Below are positions 36,497 through 45,345 of a DNA stretch of 64,000 bases, one piece after another. The translations under genes and the position numbers were made by a program. Positions within the stretch are counted from its first letter, which is position 1; each line of letters opens with the position of its first letter. Origin of the DNA: an uncultured virus (IMG/VR IMGVR_UViG_3300029288_000154). Its lineage: Duplodnaviria > Heunggongvirae > Uroviricota > Caudoviricetes. The notes under the pieces are model-generated. The model searched no databases. It saw nothing but the letters and a program-made list of their open reading frames with translations, and was not told where the DNA came from. The stretch lies in IMG/VR virus record IMGVR_UViG_3300029288_000154. The stretch is one strand, 5' to 3'.

Positions 36497-37111
36497 ATGG
36501 ATTATTGTAAAAACAAACAATTTATAGCATTTATAAACAAAGAAAGTAAGGACAGATTTTGGTGTGATGGTTCTTTCGCTTGGGAAGAATATGCTCCAAA
36601 GATTCATCCATACGACACACCCGAACACAAACAAATAGCTAAAGAAATTTGCGAAAGTTTGTTTTGTTGGAGTGAAACTGGAGATATTGAAGCTGTAATT
36701 TTGACAGTTTCTAAAGAGCCATTTCCAATGATGACTAAAAAAGATAAACCCGCTCTTGTTGAAAAGTGGGAAAAAATATGTGATGATAAAAAGAAAGCAT
36801 ATTACGAAGAACAATCAAAAAAGAAACACAAGAAAGAAAACACCGAAGACACTTCGGTTGTGTCGGTTGACCAAATTGTTGTAACTCCAGTTGTTGAAAC
36901 AAACCCCGAACCAATAAAGACAGTTAGGAAAACAAAAGAGCTTACTGTTAAAAAAGTTGAACCTACGCAAGTTGTAAAAGAGGAAAAGAAACGCTCTCCT
37001 CTCGAAATCAAAAGTTCCCAAAAGGAAAAGGAAACGAAGGTAACTACCGCGCCTTCTGAACCTAAAAAACAAGGCGGGTTGTCAAAAATATTAAAGAAAG
37101 GAAAAACATGA
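36497..37111 (+). CDS. Hypothetical protein with low-complexity K/E/T/V tail
   Basis: 204 aa, SD present. Confidence 0.65.
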   Translation: MDYCKNKQFIAFINKESKDRFWCDGSFAWEEYAPKIHPYDTPEHKQIAKEICESLFCWSETGDIEAVILTVSKEPFPMMTKKDKPALVEKWEKICDDKKKAYYEEQSKKKHKKENTEDTSVVSVDQIVVTPVVETNPEPIKTVRKTKELTVKKVEPTQVVKEEKKRSPLEIKSSQKEKETKVTTAPSEPKKQGGLSKILKKGKT

Positions 37112-37278
37112 AGAAGATTCTATTCGGTGGTGTTGCTTGTGCTTTCGTTCTGATTGCTTGTCAGTCAAAGACAGAGGTTAGCAATACCGATTCGACAGTT
37201 GCTGATACTATTCTCGTTGACACGAATTTTGTTGATTCGTTTGTCACTGATACTGTTGTTTCTGATTCTGCTAAGTAA
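37108..37278 (+). CDS. Small lipoprotein with D(S/T)x repeats (56 aa)
   Basis: Hand translation MKKILFGGVACAFVLIA-C-QSK...DSTVADTILVDTNFVDSFVTDTVVSDSAK. Confidence 0.75.
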   Translation: MKKILFGGVACAFVLIACQSKTEVSNTDSTVADTILVDTNFVDSFVTDTVVSDSAK

Positions 37279-37288
37279 TTTCAGAATT

Positions 37289-37320
37289 GAGGAGAGGAGA
37301 TTTGCGTTTCCTCTCCTTTT
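37289..37320 (+). terminator. Intrinsic terminator
   Basis: GGAGAGGAG...TTCCTCTCC-TTTT. Confidence 0.7.
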
Positions 37321-37342
37321 ATTTTCAAGGAGAACATAAATA

Positions 37343-37564
37343 ATGAATGTAGCTAAATTGATTGCTCATCTACAAACATTTCCGGCATATTATGAAGTCG
37401 TGCTTGCGAAAAATTCAAAAGGTGATTGTTTTTCTCCCGCCGAAACTATTGGCGAATCTATGTTTGTTCCTTGGAAAGAAGTGCCGTTTGAAGGAAATGT
37501 TGGAGAGCTTGTTATCACCGACAAGAAAAAGAACAATTGTGTTTATTTGATTCCTAAGTTTTAA
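37343..37564 (+). CDS. Small phage protein
   Basis: MNVAKLIAHLQTFP...VVL; AGGAG SD. Confidence 0.65.
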   Translation: MNVAKLIAHLQTFPAYYEVVLAKNSKGDCFSPAETIGESMFVPWKEVPFEGNVGELVITDKKKNNCVYLIPKF

Positions 37565-37585
37565 TTTTTCCAAAGAGGTTATATC

Positions 37586-37786
37586 ATGATTGGTCGCAGA
37601 ACAGTTACTAAGCCCTACAAGATAATCAAGAGCACTCCGGGGGTCTACCTTGGGGCGTTGACAAGTGGTAGGAAAGTTTATACATTTGCCAAATCTCAAG
37701 AAGATGCTGTAGTTAGAATTCTAAGCACTCTGAAGTTCAACGAAAATATCAAATCTGTTTATCACGTTAATGATTTGGAGTCTTGA
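37586..37786 (+). CDS. Hypothetical protein
   Basis: GAGGT SD. Confidence 0.55.
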   Translation: MIGRRTVTKPYKIIKSTPGVYLGALTSGRKVYTFAKSQEDAVVRILSTLKFNENIKSVYHVNDLES

Positions 37787-38202
37787 TGGGACTTTTTGAT
37801 ACTGTTGTTTTGGAAATAGATGATAATAGATTTCTTAATCGTTTTACCAAAAAGATATTACATGAAAAGTTGAACGATATCTATTTCCAAACAAAGAGTC
37901 TTGGAAGTAACATGGTAAATTATCTTATTGATAGAGATGGGAGATTTCGAATAGATGACGGCCCTTATCTTTCTAATTTTTCAGGAAACTTTGAGATTTA
38001 TCAAATGAGCCGTGGTTACTGGTTCAGTTTCATGATTTATATTAGTAGGGGTTGGTTGTCCAATATAACAGTTCAAGAGATTAAAATTACACAACCCAAA
38101 ACCATAAATATTATTAACATCATACTGGAAGATTCTGTAACATTTGAGAATGAGAATTATTTACGGGACATATTAAAAAAACATGAAAAGAGTCGACATT
38201 GA
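37783..38202 (+). CDS. Conserved phage protein (MG.FD...FQTKSL type)
   Basis: MGLFDTV...FQTKSL...YLIDRDGR. Confidence 0.6.
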   Translation: MMGLFDTVVLEIDDNRFLNRFTKKILHEKLNDIYFQTKSLGSNMVNYLIDRDGRFRIDDGPYLSNFSGNFEIYQMSRGYWFSFMIYISRGWLSNITVQEIKITQPKTINIINIILEDSVTFENENYLRDILKKHEKSRH

Positions 38203-38461
38203 TTCGGAATTAAATCCGTTTTTTGACGCAACAGAACGCTATCTTATAAAATTTAATACGTGGAGAGAAAAGGAAGATTTTGCTGAAGAACACAATCATC
38301 TAATTGGGTCTCAAGAATTATCTGAACTAAAAACAAACGTAGAATATTTGATAGAGATAGATTATTATTCAGAATATCCATATATAACCGTAACTAAGAA
38401 AGACGAAATACTAAACAAAATAGAAACATTGTTAGACCATTTGAAAAACTGTTGCTTGTAG
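38183..38461 (+). CDS. Hypothetical protein
   Basis: 92 aa coupled ORF. Confidence 0.55.
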   Translation: MKRVDIDSELNPFFDATERYLIKFNTWREKEDFAEEHNHLIGSQELSELKTNVEYLIEIDYYSEYPYITVTKKDEILNKIETLLDHLKNCCL

Positions 38462-38473
38462 AAAGGAGAAAAA

Positions 38474-38665
38474 ATGCCAATAGTTGATTACCAAGATTTG
38501 GGAACTGGTGAAATATTTGAAGTGTATATTCGCAGTGGAGAAATTCCCGAAGAAATGATAAATGAGAACACAGGAAACAAAGCCAAACGAATCTATTCCG
38601 GAAAAGTTGGTTTTGAATTCAAAGGAGCTGGTTTTTACGAGACAGATTATAAAAACAAGAATTAA
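38474..38665 (+). CDS. FmdB-like protein lacking the zinc-binding cysteines
   Basis: MPIVDY...FEV...GFEFKGAGFYETDY. Confidence 0.7.
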   Translation: MPIVDYQDLGTGEIFEVYIRSGEIPEEMINENTGNKAKRIYSGKVGFEFKGAGFYETDYKNKN

Positions 38666-38677
38666 CAGAAAGTTTAT

Positions 38678-39463
38678 ATGCGATTTAACATACCAAAACA
38701 GACACTTACAAAAGAACAAGAGCTTGAACTTTTTAAGAAATACAATATTTTAGGAAACCTTCAATCAAAAATAACAAACGCAGACGATAAATTAAAGACG
38801 GAAAAAATAAGAGACAAGATAAGAGATACACTAATTCAACAAAACATGAGATTGGTTTTTAAGCTATCTCACAACCACGTAAGAAAATTAACATCAACAA
38901 ATTTAGAATTCTCGGATATTGTTCAAATAGGAATGCTTGGACTAATGAAAGCTGTGGATGGTTTCGATCCAAATTCTGGTTACAAATTTTCATCATACGC
39001 ATCTACATCTATTGATTTGACTATTCTCCGGCATATAAACAATCTCGGAAGAACCATAAGAATTCCCGAAAAGGTTAGTATAAAACATTTGAAGCTGGCA
39101 AAACAACAAAAAAATGATTTGAATGACGCAAATATAGAAAATGTTTCAATTTACAACATTTTGTTTGGAAGTAATGATAATTCGGATGAGTCGTTGAGCT
39201 ACGTTAGAAATGATGTGGATTTTGATACTGTGTTTTTTGAGCAAGACTTAAAAACCTTTATGATGTGTTTAACCGACAAAGAACTTTACGCGATTACTAA
39301 TTTCTACGGTCTTTTTGACAAGCCAAGTATAAACACAAGAGAAATTTCAAAACTTTTAGATGTGTCTACACAAACGGTTTACACTATATTAAAAACTGGA
39401 ATAGAAAAACTACAAAAGAGAAAAGAACTAATTGAAGGTTGGGCAAATTATGAGCAAACGTAA
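38678..39463 (+). CDS. sigma70-family RNA polymerase sigma factor
   Basis: NMRLV, DIVQIGMLGLMKAVDGFDP..GYKFSSYA, RTIRIP, region 4 REISKLLDVSTQTV. Confidence 0.9.
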   Translation: MRFNIPKQTLTKEQELELFKKYNILGNLQSKITNADDKLKTEKIRDKIRDTLIQQNMRLVFKLSHNHVRKLTSTNLEFSDIVQIGMLGLMKAVDGFDPNSGYKFSSYASTSIDLTILRHINNLGRTIRIPEKVSIKHLKLAKQQKNDLNDANIENVSIYNILFGSNDNSDESLSYVRNDVDFDTVFFEQDLKTFMMCLTDKELYAITNFYGLFDKPSINTREISKLLDVSTQTVYTILKTGIEKLQKRKELIEGWANYEQT

Positions 39464-39671
39464 AATACGACAAGTTTTGAATAAAGAATCGGGAATATAC
39501 CATCTTGTAAATGAGAGCGTTGAGCAAAATGCTGGCGAATCTCCGGGTGGATATTTTATCGAAAAGTCGCGTAAAACTGAACTGTTTAGATTACAAGAAA
39601 GACAAACGACGGCAGAAACACCAAAAGAAAAATCTTGGATTGAAAAAATAAAAGAGTGGTTTTTTGGATGA
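39450..39671 (+). CDS. Hypothetical protein
   Basis: MSKRKIR...WIEKIKEWFFG. Confidence 0.55.
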   Translation: MSKRKIRQVLNKESGIYHLVNESVEQNAGESPGGYFIEKSRKTELFRLQERQTTAETPKEKSWIEKIKEWFFG

Positions 39672-39841
39672 AATTAAATCTGATTGTTAAAGATGGATTT
39701 TACAGAGGGAGTCCTATAAAATATCAAACGCTGATTTACAACTTTTATTATCATTTGAACATAAAAGTTGATAATATAAATTTCTATGTACGCGAAAACC
39801 GATTGAAAGAAAGAATGCGAAAATGGTGGCCTAGAAAGTGA
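39668..39841 (+). CDS. Small MKI-family protein
   Basis: MKLNLIV...ERMRKW. Confidence 0.55.
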   Translation: MKLNLIVKDGFYRGSPIKYQTLIYNFYYHLNIKVDNINFYVRENRLKERMRKWWPRK

Positions 39842-40310
39842 TTAAATCCCAAGCAGCGATGTATTTTCGCAAATCGGAAATTCTATTCAACCATCCTTTG
39901 AGAAATACTTTTTGTGAAGGGTTGTTTTTGACGATTCGGTTATAAAATTCTTCACGCAATTTGAACAGAGTTTCGATGTTGCCTTTTGCGAGAGAATGAA
40001 ATTTTTTGGCGCGGTTCAGCCCCGAGTTGACCGCCAAATCAAAAATTATACAAGCGTATTTCCCATCTTCTAGTTTGTCACAACCAGCTTTAATCCAATA
40101 ATTATATTTGTAAATCTTAACAACCTCTTCCATCTCAATGTAAAGAACCGATTGTGTTGGTATGTTCACAGATTCTCTGAATTCACTGTAAGCGGCCTGA
40201 CAAATACCCTTATTGGTGGCCCCTTGTTTGTCGTTTGGATGATTTACATATCCACCTTCTTTGGAAAGCACGAATCCAAGGGCCTTATCAAAATCTAATT
40301 TAGTTGTCAT
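39831..40310 (-). CDS. Glycoside hydrolase family 108 lysozyme (endolysin candidate)
   Basis: EGGYVNHPND..GATNKGI, IYK.NYW, FDLAVNSG, FLKGWLNR. Confidence 0.92.
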   Translation of the reverse strand: MTTKLDFDKALGFVLSKEGGYVNHPNDKQGATNKGICQAAYSEFRESVNIPTQSVLYIEMEEVVKIYKYNYWIKAGCDKLEDGKYACIIFDLAVNSGLNRAKKFHSLAKGNIETLFKLREEFYNRIVKNNPSQKVFLKGWLNRISDLRKYIAAWDLITF

Positions 40311-40332
40311 ATTCTTTTCTCCATCTACAAAC

Positions 40333-40338
40333 TATTTA
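40333..40338 (-). promoter_or_regulatory. T4-like late promoter for lysozyme
   Basis: Minus strand CTAAATAGTT then GGAG SD. Confidence 0.65.
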
Positions 40339-40373
40339 GGAAAATGATAAGTAATAATAAGAGGAATTTTACA

Positions 40374-40847
40374 ATGAAAGAGAAACAACTATCTTCCGGA
40401 TTTTTAATAAGATGTGTGGACAAGTTTTTAATTTGTCGTTCGTTTTCAGATGATTTGTCAAATTTGGACAGTGGAAAATGGACTATTCCAAAAGGGCATG
40501 TTGAAGATGGAGAAACAACATTAGAAGCTGCTTATAGAGAAACAAAAGAAGAATGTGGATTAGATTTGAAATCTCTTCCATATGTTGACGTTTGGAAACA
40601 TTTTTCTCATATGTATAGCTTAAGAAACAAAGACGTTGTTGTGTTTTTTGCCGAAGATAAAACAGGAATGCTAATGGATGAAAAACTTTTCTGTAGTTCA
40701 TTTATTGATGACGACGTAACCAAACCGGAGATAGATTCTTATAAATGGGTGACTTACAAAGACGCAAAAGTAATTATTTCAAGAAGTCAGCAAGAATTGT
40801 TCTCTAAAAAGATGCCTTGGATACGTGATTTGAAAAAAGATAAATAG
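40374..40847 (+). CDS. Nudix hydrolase
   Basis: WTIPKGHVEDGETTLEAAYRETKEECGL. Confidence 0.9.
   Translation: MKEKQLSSGFLIRCVDKFLICRSFSDDLSNLDSGKWTIPKGHVEDGETTLEAAYRETKEECGLDLKSLPYVDVWKHFSHMYSLRNKDVVVFFAEDKTGMLMDEKLFCSSFIDDDVTKPEIDSYKWVTYKDAKVIISRSQQELFSKKMPWIRDLKKDK
40841..40846 (+). promoter_or_regulatory. T4-like late promoter
   Basis: GATAAATA-GTTAT-ATG. Confidence 0.65.
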
Positions 40848-40851
40848 TTAT

Positions 40852-41796
40852 ATGATGGGATTTAGAGAATTTTACGAATCAAAAACTGAAAGAGATACAA
40901 ATCAATTTGTAACAGTTTATCATATTTCTCCCGAAGGTGATATAAAACATTTTCGCCCGAAAGTTAATAGAATTCTAAAAGACGAAGTTGTGTTTTTCTC
41001 GCCAAGTTTTCATAGCTTAATTGTTGATTGGGCTCCTTACGTAAAATATCGCAGAGGAAAAACACGAAGAGGAATTCACGACAACACCGATTCGTATAAA
41101 ACGTTGTATCTATACACTGTTAAAATTCCAAAATCGGTTTATAAAGATGCTATGACCTACATGAACAAAAAATATGATGAAGATACAACAACGGACGGAG
41201 ATCCTGGGTTTTGGTATTGGGGTTCTCAAATAGCACTAACCAAAGACCAATTGGAAACTATCAAAATATCAAATGTCAGAAAACTAACAACATCAGAATA
41301 TCACAAACTATATAAATCCGAAAACTTTAATAACCGAAATAGTAGTAATTACAAACTGTTAGATTTGTCATCATTGAAAAAATTACCAAAAGACTGGTTA
41401 AATGTATTCCATATTAAATTATTAGAAACAATTTATGATTTAGACAAAACCAAACAGTCTTCGGAAAAATTTCAAAAATTGAACGAAAGACTAATGCGAA
41501 TCAGATTAAAATGTGGTTTTTCTAACTGTGTCATAATTCCCACAAAAGATGTTGATAAAACCGAATTTGAAAAAATAGAACGTGAATTTCAGTCTATACA
41601 AAATCCAAAATCTTCAAGAGACAAAAACAAAGAACGCACAGACCGAATGGAAAAGGTTATTGATTCTCTTCGTAAAAGTGATTCTGAGGCGGTTAAGAAA
41701 ATAGTTCTTCCTAAATTTGAAAAACTATATGCAGATGGTAATTATGAAGATTTCAAAAAAGCCATAGAATTTTACAAAAATTGGATACGAAAATGA
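40852..41796 (+). CDS. Probable head-packaged protein, N-terminal domain ADP-ribosyltransferase-like (tentative)
   Basis: GFREFYE leader; VYHIS...VFFSP...YLYTVKIP. Confidence 0.45.
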   Translation: MMGFREFYESKTERDTNQFVTVYHISPEGDIKHFRPKVNRILKDEVVFFSPSFHSLIVDWAPYVKYRRGKTRRGIHDNTDSYKTLYLYTVKIPKSVYKDAMTYMNKKYDEDTTTDGDPGFWYWGSQIALTKDQLETIKISNVRKLTTSEYHKLYKSENFNNRNSSNYKLLDLSSLKKLPKDWLNVFHIKLLETIYDLDKTKQSSEKFQKLNERLMRIRLKCGFSNCVIIPTKDVDKTEFEKIEREFQSIQNPKSSRDKNKERTDRMEKVIDSLRKSDSEAVKKIVLPKFEKLYADGNYEDFKKAIEFYKNWIRK

Positions 41797-42236
41797 AATT
41801 CAAAACTTTTTATTTGAACGAAGCTGTCTCCGAAAAAGACAAAAATGTAAAGTCTTTGAAGAACTTTTTATCGGGGTTCCTTCAGAAAGACCCAACATCT
41901 ACAACTAAAAGAGAAAAAGGATTAGTTATCAAATTTTCCCCAATTGGTTCGTGGACAACATTTATAAACTATCTCAACAACAATCTTCCTGGTTATAAAT
42001 TTGTTGATTCTAAATCTAATGAAAACGACTTAGCTTACAAATCTAACAAACTTTTCTTTTGGGCTAGACAAGTCGGAACAGATGGGTTAATTTATGTAAC
42101 AGACACAAAAAATCCAAAAGAGCCAGATTGGGGAGAAAATGTAGAATCTCCTGAAACGGAACCAACAGAACCATCACCTACAGAAATCGAACCTGAAATT
42201 CCAGCAGAAGCAGCCGCAGAATCTCCTGAAGCATAA
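41793..42236 (+). CDS. Probable head-packaged protein with P/E-rich tail
   Basis: MKFKTFYLNEA leader. Confidence 0.6.
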   Translation: MKFKTFYLNEAVSEKDKNVKSLKNFLSGFLQKDPTSTTKREKGLVIKFSPIGSWTTFINYLNNNLPGYKFVDSKSNENDLAYKSNKLFFWARQVGTDGLIYVTDTKNPKEPDWGENVESPETEPTEPSPTEIEPEIPAEAAAESPEA

Positions 42237-42250
42237 ATAGTTCAAAGAGG
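42232..42250 (+). promoter_or_regulatory. T4-like late promoter plus SD
   Basis: CATAAATAGTTCAAAGAGG. Confidence 0.8.
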
Positions 42251-42259
42251 AAACTAAAA

Positions 42260-42634
42260 ATGAATTATGATAATATTTTGAAAAGTGCGAACTATTTTCT
42301 TGGAGAAGATTTTCAAAACTCACCAACGGCTAATGCTCCACAAGTTCCAAACTCTGATGTGATTCGTAATGATTATACTTCTATTTTCCCACACGGGTTT
42401 ACAACCGACGCAACAACTTTATCAGAAAAAGAAATTCAGGCGGTAATTGACACGGTTGCTGAGTGTAATGATTTGCGGCATCTTCTGGCTTATAAGAAAC
42501 AGAACGAAGATAATATCGCAACACTAAAAACACTTGGACAAAATAACCGAATTAACGATTTGACTGTTCGTGATTTCATTGTTGAACGCGCAATAGCTAT
42601 CAAGAATTCTCGCGCTCCACATTTAGAAAACTAA
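42260..42634 (+). CDS. Late-expressed hypothetical (probable virion) protein
   Basis: Late promoter, SD, FLGE/LSE sites. Confidence 0.6.
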   Translation: MNYDNILKSANYFLGEDFQNSPTANAPQVPNSDVIRNDYTSIFPHGFTTDATTLSEKEIQAVIDTVAECNDLRHLLAYKKQNEDNIATLKTLGQNNRINDLTVRDFIVERAIAIKNSRAPHLEN

Positions 42635-42673
42635 TTCTTCCAAAGTTATTTTCTAAAGTTTCATATTTTTCGC

Positions 42674-42702
42674 TTGACTTGTGAAAAATAACAACGTATT
42701 CT
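42674..42702 (+). promoter_or_regulatory. sigma70-type promoter (GCTTGACTTG class)
   Basis: TTGACT-17-TATTCT. Confidence 0.7.
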
Positions 42703-42729
42703 ATTATTTGAAGAAAGGTCTGCTCTGTC

Positions 42730-43155
42730 ATGGTAAAGCCGAGAGATGTCAATTTTATTGATATTCTAACCGATTACACTAAAAAGAATCGGATAAAAAA
42801 CTATTACACTGTCGGAGCAATCCTTGTTGAAAAACGTGACATTTTGAGTTGGGGATTGAATGATTACAAGAAAACTAATCCACACACGCCCCAGCTTAGT
42901 AATTACATTATTCCAACTCATGCTGAAGTGAACTGCATTTCAAAATATATTTCCAAAAGAAACTATATAAATGACAACATGACATTATATGTTGTTGGAC
43001 TCACTAAAGCAAACGAACCAAATTACACTATCTCATCAAAACCATGTGAATCTTGTATGAATTATATTTTTGATGTGTGTGGATTGAAAAGGGTAGTGTA
43101 TGTCGACAACAACGGTGGCAACATCAGCATTCGGGAGCGGGAGTTATTCCAATAA
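42730..43155 (+). CDS. Cytidine/dCMP deaminase-like zinc protein
   Basis: VGAILV, HAE, SKPCESC, RVVY. Confidence 0.85.
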   Translation: MVKPRDVNFIDILTDYTKKNRIKNYYTVGAILVEKRDILSWGLNDYKKTNPHTPQLSNYIIPTHAEVNCISKYISKRNYINDNMTLYVVGLTKANEPNYTISSKPCESCMNYIFDVCGLKRVVYVDNNGGNISIRERELFQ

Positions 43156-43489
43156 TACAAGTAACACATTAGTATATACAAGTGGGTATTCATATTCTGG
43201 TCTTACTTGGCCACTATTCACAAAACCTGATAGAAGTCAGAAACTTTCTTATGTAATTCAAATAATGAAGCTCAACGAAAAAAGAAAAACAACTGATAGA
43301 ACTTTGAAAATCTACGAAATTTTATGCTCAACTGTTCATGAAACTTCGTTGGTTACCGAGAAATTACTTGAAAAATACTCAAACATAATGAAGATAGCCG
43401 AAGGTAACTCTGCGGTTTGGTTAATGTTATCAAAAGATTCAGACAAAGATGTTTCGGAAATCGCGACATTCATAATTCAACATTACTAA
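43100..43489 (+). CDS. Hypothetical protein with C-terminal HEAT-like motif
   Basis: AVWLMLSKDSDKDVSEIATFII. Confidence 0.55.
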   Translation: MSTTTVATSAFGSGSYSNNTSNTLVYTSGYSYSGLTWPLFTKPDRSQKLSYVIQIMKLNEKRKTTDRTLKIYEILCSTVHETSLVTEKLLEKYSNIMKIAEGNSAVWLMLSKDSDKDVSEIATFIIQHY

Positions 43490-43502
43490 CAGAAAGTAAT
43501 TC

Positions 43503-44120
43503 ATGCTCATTTATTCAATCTATCATTTTGGATTTCTTTGGGGAATCTTTTCAGTTGTTCTATTTTTTCCTTTTATAGCTATCTCTTTAGCAGTTCATGA
43601 ATTTGGACATGCTTTCGCCGCCTATCTTTATGGCGACGATACTGCCAAAAACCAAGGGCGGCTTACGATGAATCCACTAAAACATTTAGATTTTTATGGA
43701 ACAATACTGATGTTGTTTGTTGGAATTGGTTACGCGAAACCTGTTCCAATTCAAGTTCATAAATTTAGAAAATTGAAAGAAGGATATTTCGTAGTATCTA
43801 TCGCCGGAATAGTTGGAAATCTTCTAATGTTTACTGCCGCTGGTATAATTGGTAGATTTCTTCCCGAATATTTGAAATTCATCCCGCAACTCATCATGCT
43901 GATTAACGCAAGTTTGGCAATTTTTAATTTGTTTCCAATCTTTCCGATGGATGGTGGAAGAATATTAGAATGTATTTCGGATAAAGGTAGAAATATTTCT
44001 GTCTGGCTTACGAAAAACAATCTTGTGGCGTTGGCGCTAATGTTGTTTTCTGCGTTCTACATACTACCATTCTTGTCAACAAATGTTATAAATCCCGTGA
44101 TTAACGCAATTTTGTTTTGA
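43503..44120 (+). CDS. M50 site-2 intramembrane zinc protease
   Basis: HEFGH, GRLTMNPLKHLD, VSIAG, FNLFPIFPMDGG. Confidence 0.92.
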   Translation: MLIYSIYHFGFLWGIFSVVLFFPFIAISLAVHEFGHAFAAYLYGDDTAKNQGRLTMNPLKHLDFYGTILMLFVGIGYAKPVPIQVHKFRKLKEGYFVVSIAGIVGNLLMFTAAGIIGRFLPEYLKFIPQLIMLINASLAIFNLFPIFPMDGGRILECISDKGRNISVWLTKNNLVALALMLFSAFYILPFLSTNVINPVINAILF

Positions 44121-44145
44121 ATTTAATTTTCACCAAAGATAAAAT
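44117..44145 (+). promoter_or_regulatory. sigma70-type promoter of CCAAAGATAAAAT class
   Basis: TTGAAT-17-TAAAAT. Confidence 0.75.
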
Positions 44146-44190
44146 AATAGCATATCCCTCTTCAACGGGATAAACTACGAAAGGTGAAAT

Positions 44191-44460
44191 ATGATTAAGT
44201 CAAAGCAGCAAGTTCGTGATAGTTGGTATGAGTCGGAACGTGCTCGTCGTCGTCTAGCAGAGGAAGGTTCGGTTCAGTCGTTAACTCTTCCTGAAATTGA
44301 GTCTCTTCTTGAGATTCCTTTTGATAAGACTGAGCTACGCGCCGAAAGGAAGCGCCGTCTGGAGCGTCTTCGTTATGCCCGAATCATGGCAAATCCATCG
44401 ACCCGTTCAGCTTATCGGGAACATAAGCGAAATTATCGCCAGTCTGTAAGGGAGTGGTAA
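44191..44460 (+). CDS. Arg-rich small protein in stand-alone transcription unit
   Basis: AAGGTG SD, own promoter and terminator, GC-richer codons. Confidence 0.8.
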   Translation: MIKSKQQVRDSWYESERARRRLAEEGSVQSLTLPEIESLLEIPFDKTELRAERKRRLERLRYARIMANPSTRSAYREHKRNYRQSVREW

Positions 44461-44465
44461 TAAAG

Positions 44466-44494
44466 AAGGCGGGAATCAAAAGTTCCCGCCTTTT
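44466..44494 (+). terminator. Intrinsic terminator
   Basis: AAGGCGGGAA-TCAAAAG-TTCCCGCCTT-TT. Confidence 0.8.
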
Positions 44495-44497
44495 ATT

Positions 44498-44526
44498 TTG
44501 AATTTCTTTTCCTCCAAAGATAAAAT
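44498..44526 (+). promoter_or_regulatory. sigma70-type promoter of CCAAAGATAAAAT class
   Basis: TTGAAT-17-TAAAAT. Confidence 0.75.
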
Positions 44527-44544
44527 AACTTTAGAGGACTCTGT

Positions 44545-45345
44545 ATGAAAAAAGTATTCGATATAAATTCTGACAAAATAAATGAAATAATTATAGACAA
44601 AAATCGGTATTACTTAAAAATAAATAGCTCAGATTCAATTGAAGATATTGCTGAAACTTTTCGTAAAATTGTCGGAAATAATTTCAACAACCAAGTCGAA
44701 ACCGGAACGGAAGCAAATACATATAATCATAACTTTAAGAATTATCATCCAAATACAGATTGTGGGTTCAAGTCAACAGGTGTGAAATTAAAAAATCACA
44801 AGTATGGTTGGTGGGCTATAAGATTCTTAAATGTTTATAAAACTAACAGTCAAGCATATCGTTGGGGAGCTACATACGTTTCGGACGTGAGATACAATAA
44901 TGCTTTACTGATAGACCACGACCGACAAGAATTTCGTTTCATAATTCCAGCAAACACAATCTTAGAATTTCCAATTTCAAAATATATCAAATACATAAAA
45001 GATTCTTTCAAAGCATCAGACGAAAGAAAAAAAGACGCAAACATCAAAAAGTTTGTTAGTTCTTTGACGTGGATGGGAATCTTTGGAGAATTTAGAGAAT
45101 TTGGCTGGGAAGATATTGGATTGACAAAATCACATGATGAGTTTTCGTATCGGGCTCAGATGAAAAATGGAAGATTACTGGAGATTAAACTTCAAAAGAA
45201 TTCCGAAGAAGATAATCCGTTGTTTACTATTTGGATGGTAAAAGGCCAACTCGGAAAAGACATCACAAAAGAAGCAATGATGAAATTGGTTGATTCCCTC
45301 TTGACAATGGGACAGCTTACAGGAAAGAGAATTGTTAATGAGTAA
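44545..45345 (+). CDS. Hypothetical protein (dispersed 240-310 aa paralog group)
   Basis: 266 aa with SD and promoter. Confidence 0.7.
   Translation: MKKVFDINSDKINEIIIDKNRYYLKINSSDSIEDIAETFRKIVGNNFNNQVETGTEANTYNHNFKNYHPNTDCGFKSTGVKLKNHKYGWWAIRFLNVYKTNSQAYRWGATYVSDVRYNNALLIDHDRQEFRFIIPANTILEFPISKYIKYIKDSFKASDERKKDANIKKFVSSLTWMGIFGEFREFGWEDIGLTKSHDEFSYRAQMKNGRLLEIKLQKNSEEDNPLFTIWMVKGQLGKDITKEAMMKLVDSLLTMGQLTGKRIVNE

Noticed and set aside
42146..42233. PETEPTEPSPTEIEPEIP repeat-like DNA
   Set aside because: Low-complexity protein tail, not an independent DNA repeat
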